From: a virus
Lineage: Duplodnaviria > Heunggongvirae > Uroviricota > Caudoviricetes
Length of the DNA: 64,000 bases
Strand: one strand, 5' to 3'
IMG/VR virus record: IMGVR_UViG_3300038393_003162
Span: 1-64,000 of that record
The position numbers were made by a program, and so were the translations under genes. Positions 20,926-30,783 of this stretch are shown here, piece after piece. The number at the start of each line of letters is the position of its first letter. The first letter of the stretch is position 1. Under the pieces are notes generated by a model. That model was not told the origin of the DNA and searched no databases. It saw only the letters and a list, made by a program, of their open reading frames with translations.

Positions 20926-21034
20926 TTGATCAGCCCTCTTAAGTTTGTGTTTTACATCCTCTGTTCAGGGAGTATCCGGTTTTTGGTCTCGGATGTAAAG
21001 AGGGTAGGGGGAATTTCTTCCCCCCTTTCCTCCC

Positions 21035-21574
21035 TCAGATACGATCCGGGTGTTCAACCGCTACCCAATCGCCAAGCACCTTGATATCGGTAATGTTCTC
21101 CACGAGGTAATTCTTGTGAATCACCGGTTTGTCGGTTTCCTGCCTGGTACTCGGCTTGTAGCCGCGAATCCACGGATCGATTTCGTTCGTGTCCTGGACT
21201 TCCCCGTCAATCTCGTACTGGTAGCCGAGAACCGTCTGAATTTTCATCGGCAAGTAAAGCCGACCCCGGTCCTCACGATGGTACGTCAAGATGCTGCCGG
21301 GTTCGTGCTCCGTGTAGAGGTGAGGCAATGCCTCGAAATCCGCCTCGTTTCCTTCCCGCTCGCGTTGACGGTTGACCGAACGAGCATACCAGTAGCCGAC
21401 GACGCCATTGGTCCAAGCCCGCTTCATGACGTTTTGGTCGTAGAACGGGTTTAGCTCCCCGTTGACCTTTTTGTTCATGCTGGGGGACGTGTAGGTCACC
21501 AGAGTGACGACTTTCGCTCCTTTCTTCAGACTCCGAAGCTTGCCTAACAGGTCATCACAGATGATCAGAGCCAT
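21035..21574 (-). CDS. hypothetical phage protein
   Basis: motif at 21605, AGGGG RBS. Confidence 0.7.
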   Translation of the reverse strand: MALIICDDLLGKLRSLKKGAKVVTLVTYTSPSMNKKVNGELNPFYDQNVMKRAWTNGVVGYWYARSVNRQREREGNEADFEALPHLYTEHEPGSILTYHREDRGRLYLPMKIQTVLGYQYEIDGEVQDTNEIDPWIRGYKPSTRQETDKPVIHKNYLVENITDIKVLGDWVAVEHPDRI

Positions 21575-21749
21575 TTCGTTTCCCCTTGGCACTATCGCCA
21601 CCACTTAGGGAGTATCCGGTTATTGACCATCCCAGGAGAATGAAGATAACTAAAGAGATTGACTATAGTTGTATGTGTATATCATGCCTAGGTGCTTATG
21701 ACTACACCTAGGCATGATATACAAAATAGCTCAGACGCTCCGTATGATC

Positions 21750-22298
21750 TCAGAAGTTGGGGATAGGACCACGACGAAGATCATCCCAGCTAGCGGACGC
21801 ATACGGCTCAACTCCGCAAGCCCTGGCAACCGCCCGCACGAAGTAATAAGGGTCTTGATTCCATCCTGCCTCGTCATGCTCCCTGTTGTTGTAGCCGATG
21901 ACCTCTAAGGCTTCGTCAACCAGTTCCATTGCCTTGGCGGGAGCGTCTTCCTTGGAAACAATGTAGTAGCCTGCCCCTTCGATGTATCCGCCCGAATCAG
22001 AGTTGTCAGTGGCATCTAGAACAATTTGCCCGTTGGGCAACTCCGCATAATCGAAGCATCGCATCCAATCACCGCCTTGGTCCCAATCTGATGTGTCTTC
22101 GTCCTCATCGTCGGGACCATACCCCACGGCATATTGAAGCGATCCGTAAGGGCTTGTCAAATCCCTTGCCTGCTTCCGTCCATCATCCTCTCTCACGTCC
22201 TCCCAATCCAAGTAATGTCCGTCAGAATCAACAGGAACCTTGACGCCACCGATCTTCACGAAATTCGTAATGTCCCGATAAAGATAGTCGCTTCCCAT
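21750..22298 (-). CDS. acidic hypothetical protein
   Basis: AGGAG RBS. Confidence 0.7.
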   Translation of the reverse strand: MGSDYLYRDITNFVKIGGVKVPVDSDGHYLDWEDVREDDGRKQARDLTSPYGSLQYAVGYGPDDEDEDTSDWDQGGDWMRCFDYAELPNGQIVLDATDNSDSGGYIEGAGYYIVSKEDAPAKAMELVDEALEVIGYNNREHDEAGWNQDPYYFVRAVARACGVEPYASASWDDLRRGPIPNF

Positions 22299-22959
22299 GA
22301 TCTGCTCTCCTGGTGTGTTAACCGACACCAGACCGAGCCACTTTCTAGTGTGTCCCAAGATCAGAGGGGTCTGCGTTACCGGGCAAGCCGGAATTACGTC
22401 CCATGATCCATTCCCTTGCTTCCCGAACTCAGGTCGGCACATAAGGGAAGCCCGGCATGGTGCCGGGCGGGAAGATCAGCGACTCGAAACGCTTCGAGCC
22501 ATCTCGTCATCCCCCTGAACAGTGAAAGGTTGGTTGATCCGTTGTTGAGGGAGTATCCGGTTATTGACTGTCCTTCTTCAACATGTTCTTATAGACGTTA
22601 GTGAAGTTACGTCCCCATGCCATGATAGAGGCGAAGAGAACGGTGATAACGAGGCTTCCGATCGCCCCTTTCATCATTCCCCACATCTCACAAGCACACA
22701 TCATGTTGTGATAATGCATCAGTCAGTCTCCTTGACGCGACTTTGTAGTAAATATCTTCAACTTCTTCGCAAAGTCATTCGATCTGATCTCGCCTGTAAA
22801 GGCATGTCCCGACCACCACTCCAACAGTCAGCGAAAGGATCATGTACTCCACGAGGTAAAGTAATCCTTTTGATATCAGAATGTAAATCATATATCCTCC
22901 TTGTGTTGACTCCCCTTCCTTGGGGAGTGTCCGGTTATTGTTCTCTTCGCGGTCATGTG

Positions 22960-23547
22960 CTACGGCATATCCACATTGATGCCGCTCGCCTCGATCTCAG
23001 ACAATGTAATGGGTGCCCGCTTGGCTACTGTGAAGCGATAGCAGGCATAATACATCTTGATTTCACCACGTTTCCACCGCTCCCGATCGTCCTTGGTCGC
23101 GGGATCGCCACCGGGGGTCTCGTCCCGGTAGAATTCGATCTCGGTAACGTCTTCGACGTTATGGTCGACAGGAAGCGAGACCTCTTCGATCTCCAATCCG
23201 TAGCCCTTGCCGATCGCCGCGAAGAGATCAGCCAAGGTGGTAGCCGTCAGTTCGATGTTTTCGGCGAAGACCTCTCCGTCGTCATCGCTGCCGATCAATC
23301 CATGCTCGGGATCGTCTAACTGCCGTTCCTTAACGATCTGTGTACAGACGTAGGAGTAGGTCGGCACGTCCATCCCTTCGGGGACAAACTCGTCAGGCAG
23401 GTCATCCGGATCGAGACCAGCCGACTGGAGCAGGTCGCGGGCAGCATTGGCGAGCGTGGTCGCGTTACCATCACCGTCAGGGGCGACGGCATGCCGCCCG
23501 TAAAACAGGGCGAGTACGACGAACTTCAGGGCTTGGTTGATATCCAT
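22960..23547 (-). CDS. acidic hypothetical protein
   Basis: motif at 23590, AAGGA RBS. Confidence 0.7.
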   Translation of the reverse strand: MDINQALKFVVLALFYGRHAVAPDGDGNATTLANAARDLLQSAGLDPDDLPDEFVPEGMDVPTYSYVCTQIVKERQLDDPEHGLIGSDDDGEVFAENIELTATTLADLFAAIGKGYGLEIEEVSLPVDHNVEDVTEIEFYRDETPGGDPATKDDRERWKRGEIKMYYACYRFTVAKRAPITLSEIEASGINVDMP

Positions 23548-23822
23548 CGTTCCTTGTCCTCCCGAGTAGAGGTGAGCGGTTATCCTCATCTAAGGACGTA
23601 TCCGGGTTTAGTTCACTTCTTGATCTTAGTGACCTTCGCCTCGCCGCCTTTCTTGCGAACTTCCTCCACTAAGTCATTTGCCTGTGTCTTGTAGCGGAAT
23701 TTGCGAGGGAAGAAGCCCGCCCTGAAATCATTAATGGTCGGCGTCTTGACCAACTCGACGAGCCACATGATAGTATCACCCTCAGAGGTTGTTATCTCCC
23801 CGTCCTTGGGGAGTATCCGAGT

Positions 23823-24266
23823 TTAGTCCTTGTGAGCCGTGAACGCCATGAATCCATCAACCCACATCGTAATCAACCGAACAATATCGTAATTGTGGTT
23901 CGGTTGTTTCCACCACGCACTCGAACCCGTCAGGTCGCGGCTCTCGATGGGGACCTTATATTCCTCTTCGGTCTCCGTGACTTCCGATACCAAACCCGAA
24001 GGTAACGCCATGACCGACGACGCGAGACGATGAACCTTGCTGCCTCCCTTGACCTCCGTGATACCGTCTAGGCGAATGTAGACACATCCTTTCACGCCAT
24101 GAACGACTTCAGGAAGCAATGGGAATTCCTTCCCAGAGACCGCATCAGCCAACGCCATCCAACGGAATTGTTCCGTGGAGTAACCAGAGTAAGCCGGGGT
24201 TTCCTTGCCGATCTGACTACTGACGATTTGCCCGGCATCGGCTCGAACCTTAACCTTCTTGCCCAT
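23823..24266 (-). CDS. hypothetical protein
   Basis: GGAGG RBS; motif at 24300. Confidence 0.7.
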   Translation of the reverse strand: MGKKVKVRADAGQIVSSQIGKETPAYSGYSTEQFRWMALADAVSGKEFPLLPEVVHGVKGCVYIRLDGITEVKGGSKVHRLASSVMALPSGLVSEVTETEEEYKVPIESRDLTGSSAWWKQPNHNYDIVRLITMWVDGFMAFTAHKD

Positions 24267-24511
24267 GTGTCACCTCCAGAGTTATGTTTCATCCGTGGCT
24301 AAGGGCGTATCCGGTTATTGGTCACATGCCAGAACTATAGCGTCCAGAATTCGGAATGTAAAGCACAATCTTACGCGAGACAAATATGAGTGTACGGATG
24401 TTCCAGACATGGGCGTATAGACAAAATACCTGCAATAAAAAACGGGGAGCGATGAGCAACAAGCCCACCACTCCCCGCCCACCCCACCCCGGAGGAAGTT
24501 TCAACTAAATA

Positions 24512-25114
24512 TCAGCAAGTGTGAGATTGATACATGGGTTTTCCGTTCCAGAGCTTGGCAGCCCCGTGATCCATGCTGATCATTGCTTCGCCCATGAACC
24601 ATTGAACCCGTTTGGTCATGGGTTCGCTGTCTTCCTTGAACTTGTCGCGTCTTGCCACGACGCGCTCCGTCATCCCATGTTCATCATCTTGCTTGACCGT
24701 CTCTTGGCAAATTGCCCTGATGACGATCGACTTCTCCTTAACCTCCACAACTTGGTAAAAGTCGATATTGGTCTGGTCGTATCCCCAACTGTTGTAAATG
24801 ATGTCCCGTTCCTTGAACGGATTCGGCTGATCGGAACCCCGCTTAAGCTTCTCCTCCTGCTTGTGACGATCGGCAAGCCGGTCAAACCAACCGTTAACGG
24901 TCTTCTCTCGAACCTCTTCGCTCGGATAGGAGTTGTGGAAGTCCCACTTGACTTGACGACCACTCTTCCAACCGTAGGCACAGATCATGACCGTACCCTT
25001 GGTCGAAGTCGTCTCGTAAAACCACACCTCAGCCCCAGGAACATCCGTCCGCGTGACTTGACGGGCGGTGTCCTTGCTGGGATAGACTCGCTCCGTTTGC
25101 TTCGGTCTCGCCAC
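24512..25114 (-). CDS. conserved phage hypothetical protein (SWGYDQTNIDFYQV)
   Basis: recognisable phage/plasmid motif; motif at 25151. Confidence 0.7.
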   Translation of the reverse strand: MARPKQTERVYPSKDTARQVTRTDVPGAEVWFYETTSTKGTVMICAYGWKSGRQVKWDFHNSYPSEEVREKTVNGWFDRLADRHKQEEKLKRGSDQPNPFKERDIIYNSWGYDQTNIDFYQVVEVKEKSIVIRAICQETVKQDDEHGMTERVVARRDKFKEDSEPMTKRVQWFMGEAMISMDHGAAKLWNGKPMYQSHTC

Positions 25115-25167
25115 GATCTTGACTCCCTAGGTTGCGTTACCTCACGCCTCTAAGGATGCGTCCGGCT

Positions 25168-25443
25168 TTAGAGAATGTGGAAGACATAGACACGGTCATT
25201 GTGATCGACGAAAAGAATGTCCTGGTCCAGTGAATTGATGTACAGATCGAAATCGATATACTTCAGGAGGTCTTTCTTAACCCCCTCAACCTGCTCAAGA
25301 TAGTATTCCGCATACGCCTGGCGACTCTCGTAATCACCTGAGCATTGTTCCCGGAATCGCTCGACCGTGGCGTGACCCTTGCCGTAGTGTCCGACGTAGG
25401 CAGCCCAGGCTTCCCGCTCTTCTGTGGTGATTTTCTGAGGCAT
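25168..25443 (-). CDS. ArdA-like antirestriction protein (short, C-terminal-domain-like)
   Basis: G.YES...YAEYYLE...LLKYIDFDLY...L...VYVF resembles the ArdA C-terminus; acidic. Confidence 0.6.
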   Translation of the reverse strand: MPQKITTEEREAWAAYVGHYGKGHATVERFREQCSGDYESRQAYAEYYLEQVEGVKKDLLKYIDFDLYINSLDQDILFVDHNDRVYVFHIL

Positions 25444-25611
25444 GGTCGCATTCCTCTGTTGGAGTTGATTTGTCACTAACGTTGAGGGCGCGTCCGGTTT
25501 TAACCTCCTGTCACGTAAAACATCAAGAAGTTCTTTCATGATGGTGCATGTCTATGCCTAGGCATACACATCCAATATATGACGTACATCTAGGCATAGA
25601 CAAAATAATTA

Positions 25612-25812
25612 TTACTTAACGCTCCCTTCGATCTCGTAAATCTTCAGGTGATAGGCGTTAAGGGATTGCTGTTCGGCAAACTTCCTGAGAACGGTTTTAG
25701 CGTCGGGTCCTTTGACGATAACACTGTTATCCTTGCCAAAGATTCGATCCAGAAAGCGAATAGGGGGATTCTGAGCTTTGGCATAATTGAACCGAATTTC
25801 AAACGATCGCAT
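25612..25812 (-). CDS. hypothetical protein
   Basis: 66-aa ORF whose stop abuts a palindrome. Confidence 0.5.
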   Translation of the reverse strand: MRSFEIRFNYAKAQNPPIRFLDRIFGKDNSVIVKGPDAKTVLRKFAEQQSLNAYHLKIYEIEGSVK

Positions 25813-25913
25813 AAACGTATTTGGTCCTTATCCTTGGAGGAAAAAAATACGGTGCCGAGGGTTAGTCGGCACCGTGACAGCCTTACCTATCTTACCAATT
25901 TGTTTTGTGGTAT

Positions 25914-26537
25914 TCAATCGAGTTCTGAAATTTCCTCAGAAGCGGCGAAGACCGCTTCCAGCACCTTTTCGTTGCCGCCAACGTGACGATGCGAGCCGTC
26001 CGGATTGTGAAGTTCGAAGCCCGCCGCGAGTCCGAGGGGCGAGGACGGGACGACGTTCGACTCTTGGGCGACGATATCGGTCACGCCTGCCGTGAGCCAA
26101 GGATGGTATTGTTTCCATCGATACTCACGCAGAACCCCTTCGTACTCCCAGGTCGGCACTCGGTCCTTGAGCGGCTTGTGGTGGGCATACCGCAGGACTT
26201 CCCCGTACAACCCGCGATCCTTGAGCCACTTGACCGCTTCCTCGCGAGTGGCGAAGAACGGATGATAACCGAGGTTGTGCCCGAAGGGGGCGAACTTGGG
26301 ATCATCCGGCTTCTCGATCTCGCCCTGAAGTTCCTTGTTATAGCCGTGGATCGTGTACGAGGCAGTCGTATACATGGTCCCCGACTTGACGAAGATCAGT
26401 GGCAGGTAACAATAGCCGAAATGGTTGTCCTTGGTGCCGTCCCCCACCGTGGTCAACCCCGTTCCATAAAGCGGGGCGTGCCACCGTTGAGGACACTTGT
26501 TCCGATCGGACGGGTCATCGAATCGCATGATGATCAC
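25914..26537 (-). CDS. hypothetical protein
   Basis: motif at 26575. Confidence 0.7.
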   Translation of the reverse strand: MIIMRFDDPSDRNKCPQRWHAPLYGTGLTTVGDGTKDNHFGYCYLPLIFVKSGTMYTTASYTIHGYNKELQGEIEKPDDPKFAPFGHNLGYHPFFATREEAVKWLKDRGLYGEVLRYAHHKPLKDRVPTWEYEGVLREYRWKQYHPWLTAGVTDIVAQESNVVPSSPLGLAAGFELHNPDGSHRHVGGNEKVLEAVFAASEEISELD

Positions 26538-26590
26538 CTTGTGCCAAGGGTGAGAGTGTAGTTCTTCCGTCGCTGAGGGCGTGTCCGGCT

Positions 26591-27220
26591 TTAGAGAATG
26601 TCCTGGTCGAGCTTGGCGTCTTCCTCGTCGGCGTTCTCGTATGAGTCTTTCTCGACAATATGCAGCCAGTGAGCGTCAGAGAACATTTCCCAGACCACGC
26701 GAACAGCAATTGCTGCTGCCTCTACTGGAGTGGTCGCCATGCCCTCCGCTCGGGATTCGACATCATCAGGAGCTTTCGGGTAGTTGCTGATGGTGTGCCA
26801 GGTGTTGACGACCCAGCCCTCACGCTCGTAGAAACCGACAATGCTTTGTGACTCGATTGCTTCAGGATCAATCGTGATGTCGTTTCCGACCTTGATGATC
26901 CCCTCGTCCTCCTCGACCGTCACCGGAAGCCAATGCTCGGAACGTAAAAGCATCTGCATGCCTTGGATGACGAGGTCGCGAATCGTCCCGGCATGCTGCT
27001 TGCCATTCTCACGAACCTTATCAGGGTCCACCGGGCGATAACCGGTGATGTTCTGGTCAAGGAACTCATGTAAACCGCCCTGACCAATCCGAACCATGTG
27101 GACGGTCTTTTTATCCCACCGTTCATAAGACTTATCGTAAGTCGCCGCACTCCAAAACGGCTTCTGATCGTGACCAATCCGCTGCACCTTGACCGCTTCA
27201 CCCTTAACGAATTGACGCAT
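26591..27220 (-). CDS. hypothetical protein
   Basis: motif at 27263, AGGAG RBS; stop at the motif edge. Confidence 0.7.
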   Translation of the reverse strand: MRQFVKGEAVKVQRIGHDQKPFWSAATYDKSYERWDKKTVHMVRIGQGGLHEFLDQNITGYRPVDPDKVRENGKQHAGTIRDLVIQGMQMLLRSEHWLPVTVEEDEGIIKVGNDITIDPEAIESQSIVGFYEREGWVVNTWHTISNYPKAPDDVESRAEGMATTPVEAAAIAVRVVWEMFSDAHWLHIVEKDSYENADEEDAKLDQDIL

Positions 27221-27277
27221 GCTAATGTCTCCTGTATGGGAGTGGCGTTTTACTCCACTCCCATAGGATGTATCCGG

Positions 27278-27634
27278 TTATTGTCCGTCCCGAATCAGCC
27301 GGTCGAGGAGGACGTATTCCTGCGGATCGTCACTCATGAAGACAGCCGAGCCACCATCTTTAAAATCGTGTCGCTTGATGGTGATGGCATTGACATTCTT
27401 CATATGCTGAAGAATGTAGGTTTTTCCATCCTCACCAGTGACGATTGCCGCTTTGCCGCCGTAGGTCCCATAACTCGGCTTACGCCAGATGCCATATTTG
27501 TCGGTTGTCTTCCGACTAACCCGATAGCCGTGGGTCTCGTTGTGTTCCACCTCGAAGACGCACTTGCCCCGATTATTGCCGCCGATCGGGTAGTCGTCAA
27601 TCTCCAACTTCTTAACCGGATTGGAATAGTTCAC
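27278..27634 (-). CDS. hypothetical phage protein
   Basis: GTG start with AAGGA RBS; stop inside the motif. Confidence 0.65.
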   Translation of the reverse strand: MNYSNPVKKLEIDDYPIGGNNRGKCVFEVEHNETHGYRVSRKTTDKYGIWRKPSYGTYGGKAAIVTGEDGKTYILQHMKNVNAITIKRHDFKDGGSAVFMSDDPQEYVLLDRLIRDGQ

Positions 27635-27915
27635 TGTCTTACGTTCCTTAAAGGAGTGTGGTTGATCCGTCGGTGAGGGCGTGTCCGGTTTTAGTCGACC
27701 TTGTCCTTGTTCTGGTCGCACCACTTGTCGAGCGAGCCATTCTCTTCACACGGCAAACAGAAATAATACCGTTTGCCGAGCTTGTCCGGTCGCTTGTCCC
27801 CTACCGAAAGATTCGATTCACTTGACTTGATCTTGCGCTTACAGGTAACGCAAGTGTGCGGCATAACCTTTCGCCCTCCTAGTGATTGTCAGTCCACCAC
27901 TAAGGGCGTGTCCGG

Positions 27916-28365
27916 TTATAGCGAGAGGGCGTGCTGCGACCAAAACGCCTCCGACTCAGCCCGTTGTTCCTTCGGCAAACTCGCATCATGCGGCTCGCGT
28001 GGTGCGTACGGACCTCCATATGCAGTAAACAAAATATGTTTGCCTTTGTACTTGCCGCCGATCACCGTCACGGTACGCATAGGACGAGTCGGTCGATCGA
28101 CCATGCGACTCGGGTATCTCCGTCCTTCCCGAATCTTATAAACAACCTCGGATTCGGGGACAGGTGGACCGCCGGTGCTGGGACCGTGAATGCCGCACTC
28201 AGCCGTCATCCCTTTGGGAAGCTCGATCGTTTCGGCTATGAAGTCCTCGATGCGGTTGGCATACCGTTCCGCGATGAACGCCAAGACTTCAGATGAGACG
28301 TGGTCGATGTGTGAATTCTCAAGATCGATGATCAAAACATGGTCCTTATATGAATAAACACCCAT
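27916..28365 (-). CDS. conserved phage hypothetical protein
   Basis: CGIHGP..GG.PVPESEV.Y..R..R...SR; LFTAYGGP.APREP. Confidence 0.7.
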   Translation of the reverse strand: MGVYSYKDHVLIIDLENSHIDHVSSEVLAFIAERYANRIEDFIAETIELPKGMTAECGIHGPSTGGPPVPESEVVYKIREGRRYPSRMVDRPTRPMRTVTVIGGKYKGKHILFTAYGGPYAPREPHDASLPKEQRAESEAFWSQHALSL

Positions 28366-28369
28366 CCTG

Positions 28370-29143
28370 ATCTAAGACCAAGATGGGCGTTCCCCATTCG
28401 CGAAGCCGATGAATCACACCTGACTACTCGTTTCTTGTTACGGTCCTCGTGGGTGTGAAACGCCCTAGGGCGTGAAATTAAATGATCACGGTCCTCGCGT
28501 CATAACCGGCGTCCTCCGGTCTAGGGTCTGGTTCCCCGTCCGTCAATGAGCTATAGCTCTCGGGAGAGGAACATCAACCGTGTTCAAGGTTCTCCGCAGG
28601 GCATCACAAGCCCAAGACTCAGGGACTCGCTCGGATTGGCACGGGTGACCTCCCGTCGTTAAGGTCGCGGTTGTTTCTTGCGTGCGTCTCTGACAGAGAG
28701 TTGCGCGATTGAAAGACCAAACGGGACCAGTGTGAGAGTTAGTCCCGTTTGGTTTTGTCTCAGAAGGGCGGGGATCGAATCATGGGAAGCGTTCCCAAAG
28801 TAAGTGATACCCTAAAGCCCACTCAAGGTCTACCGCTAGAGCTTGCTAGCGGGCTTTAGGGTTCGCCGCAATGTGGGCGGTCGCGCCGGGCAGGAGATCA
28901 AGCATTCAAAGAAAGGACAAGCATGAAATGTTTAATTGTCCACCCCCTTTCTTCGTTAGAGAATTGGAACCTCTCGCCGATCAACATGGCTAGACCCGAG
29001 GACTAAGAGCCGAAACACTTTCACTCTCTTGGTCCCCACACGAATGAGTGAGTGACAGGTCGACAGCATCGTTTTGTCGTTGCGCGTGTTTGGCGATGAC
29101 TTCGCCCGTCAGCATCACTCGTCCGTCTCGTTTCGGACACCCT
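28370..29143 (-). ncRNA. putative large structured ncRNA (~770 nt)
   Basis: no ORF of 60 aa or more in any frame; starts directly after motif 29144; many stems, e.g. ACCAAACGGGAC/GTCCCGTTTGGT (28716-28753) and CCCTAAAGCCC/GGGCTTTAGGG (28810-28861). Confidence 0.55.
28453..28489 (-). CRISPR. solitary degenerate copy of the array-2 CRISPR repeat
   Basis: GTGTGAAACGCC-CTAGGGCGTGAAATTAAATGATCAC versus array-2 GTGTTAAACGCCTCTAGGGCGTGGAATGAGGATCAC. Confidence 0.7.
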
Positions 29144-29401
29144 TAAGGGTGAATCCGGCTTTAACAATGATAGCTCTGGGCGATGCCCTTGTAAACCCCT
29201 AGCGTCTAAAAACCGGATTCACCCTCGCATTAAAAAACGAAAAAATAAAACCCCTGCACCTCCCGAAATGGAAGGACAGAGGTTTTATTGGGTAAAGGCG
29301 AATTTTGCGTCTCGTCCTATAGTCCGTCCCTGTATGCGTGTCCTTGGTAGACACAAATGGTTAACAAACAACACCTCTGAAAGCTAATCACCTTCAGAGA
29401 G

Positions 29402-29545
29402 CTCCCGAGGGGGGAATTGAACCGCCCGACCTCCAGCTTATAAGGCTGGCGCTCTATCGCATCAAAGGCATTGGTCATACTTCGCCAGGGTGAAGACATA
29501 ACCAATGTCGTTGTTCCCTTAATGCTACCACTGAGCTACTCGGGA
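29402..29545 (-). tRNA. tRNA-Ile(UAU) with a 71-nt insertion in the D-loop
   Basis: acceptor TCCCGAG/CTCGGGA, D stem GCTC/GAGC, anticodon arm CCAGC-CTTATAA-GCTGG, T loop TTCAATT; insert ~29455-29525; no encoded CCA; upstream TTTACA-18-TATAGT promoter. Confidence 0.8.
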
Positions 29546-29706
29546 AAATATTGTCAGACGTGAAACCCGCATCATATAAAGTGACAACGCCTTGGGCTTT
29601 TGCTTTTGGCTACCGATCGCTCGGCTGTCGGGGTTTCAGGTCTCACGCCTGACACTTTATACTATAACGTCGCCATCCCTCCGATGTAAACCTCCTTCTA
29701 ACAAAA

Positions 29707-30711
29707 TTATGCCGCCTGATGAGGAATCCCTAACGTCCCAATGACCTTCCCCACGACCCACTCAGCCGCCGCAGGCACTACCGCATTTCCCAACTGCTCC
29801 AGAGCGTACGTCTTGCGAGGATCGAGGATGTAGCCTTTCGGGAACCCCATCGCTTGACGATACTCATCAAGTGTCAACATTCTCATCCACTTATGATCTT
29901 CCGAGATCAAACTGTATCGATCCTTTTTTGTGACAGTCCCCAGAGGGCGGTTGATGCTCCTGGCTTTCCCGACCGTGCGATTCGAGCCAAAGTAAGGGAG
30001 TAAGAACTTCTCGCCCACGGGGAACACCTTGCGAGACATCCGCTTGACGAATGCCTGTGTTGCCTCGCAATTGTCCCTGACCAGGCTCCACCCCGGTCCC
30101 TTGTCCCGACGCATGATCCTCTTGTAAGGCACATGCTTGACAGAAGGATAGACGAACTCAAGCGGTGCCTTAGCCACGTCAGCACGCAAGAAAACCATGA
30201 ACAATCGTTCTCGGTTCTGAGGCACGCCGAGGTCGGCTGCGTCCAGGATGATCGACGAGAAGTGATAGCCCGGTCCTATGTTCTGAATCAGGTCTATCCA
30301 GGTACGATAGACGCTCCCCTTCAATGCCTTGTCGTCACTCTCATTCCACGCCTGGAACTCAGGCACATTCTCAACGACGGCAGCAAGGGGTCGCTTGCGT
30401 GCGATACACTCATGAACACACCATGCCGTCTGACGACTCTTCGCGTGGTTCCAGTCTTTCGTCTTGCCCTTAGCGCGAGAATGCCCTTGACAACATGGAG
30501 ATGCCAGTAAGATGTCATGATTTGGAACTTTGGTCCAGTCGGCGAGTTGGAGGTCCTGGCACGAGTGAACCGTATCGGGATGGTTCTTCGCATGTGCAGT
30601 CACGGCATCCAGGTTGTGGTTTGCCGCCCAGATGACGCTAACCCCGGCTTTCGTCGCCCCGGTGGTAAACCCCCCAGCACCAGCAAATAAGTCAATTGCT
30701 GACACCTTCAT
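29707..30711 (-). CDS. DNA cytosine-C5 methyltransferase
   Basis: DLFAGAGG, SPCCQGHS, ENV, QNRERLF, LGNAV. Confidence 0.93.
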   Translation of the reverse strand: MKVSAIDLFAGAGGFTTGATKAGVSVIWAANHNLDAVTAHAKNHPDTVHSCQDLQLADWTKVPNHDILLASPCCQGHSRAKGKTKDWNHAKSRQTAWCVHECIARKRPLAAVVENVPEFQAWNESDDKALKGSVYRTWIDLIQNIGPGYHFSSIILDAADLGVPQNRERLFMVFLRADVAKAPLEFVYPSVKHVPYKRIMRRDKGPGWSLVRDNCEATQAFVKRMSRKVFPVGEKFLLPYFGSNRTVGKARSINRPLGTVTKKDRYSLISEDHKWMRMLTLDEYRQAMGFPKGYILDPRKTYALEQLGNAVVPAAAEWVVGKVIGTLGIPHQAA

Positions 30712-30783
30712 CTATAGCTCCATAAAGAAAGGGATGAGTTGTTGTCCTCATCCCTAGAGGGAGTATCCGGTTATTGGACTATC

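Noticed and set aside
28677-28715. Hairpin ending ATTGAAAG as a second solitary CRISPR repeat
   Set aside because: It is on the opposite strand to the inferred transcript and has no matching array. It may be chance.
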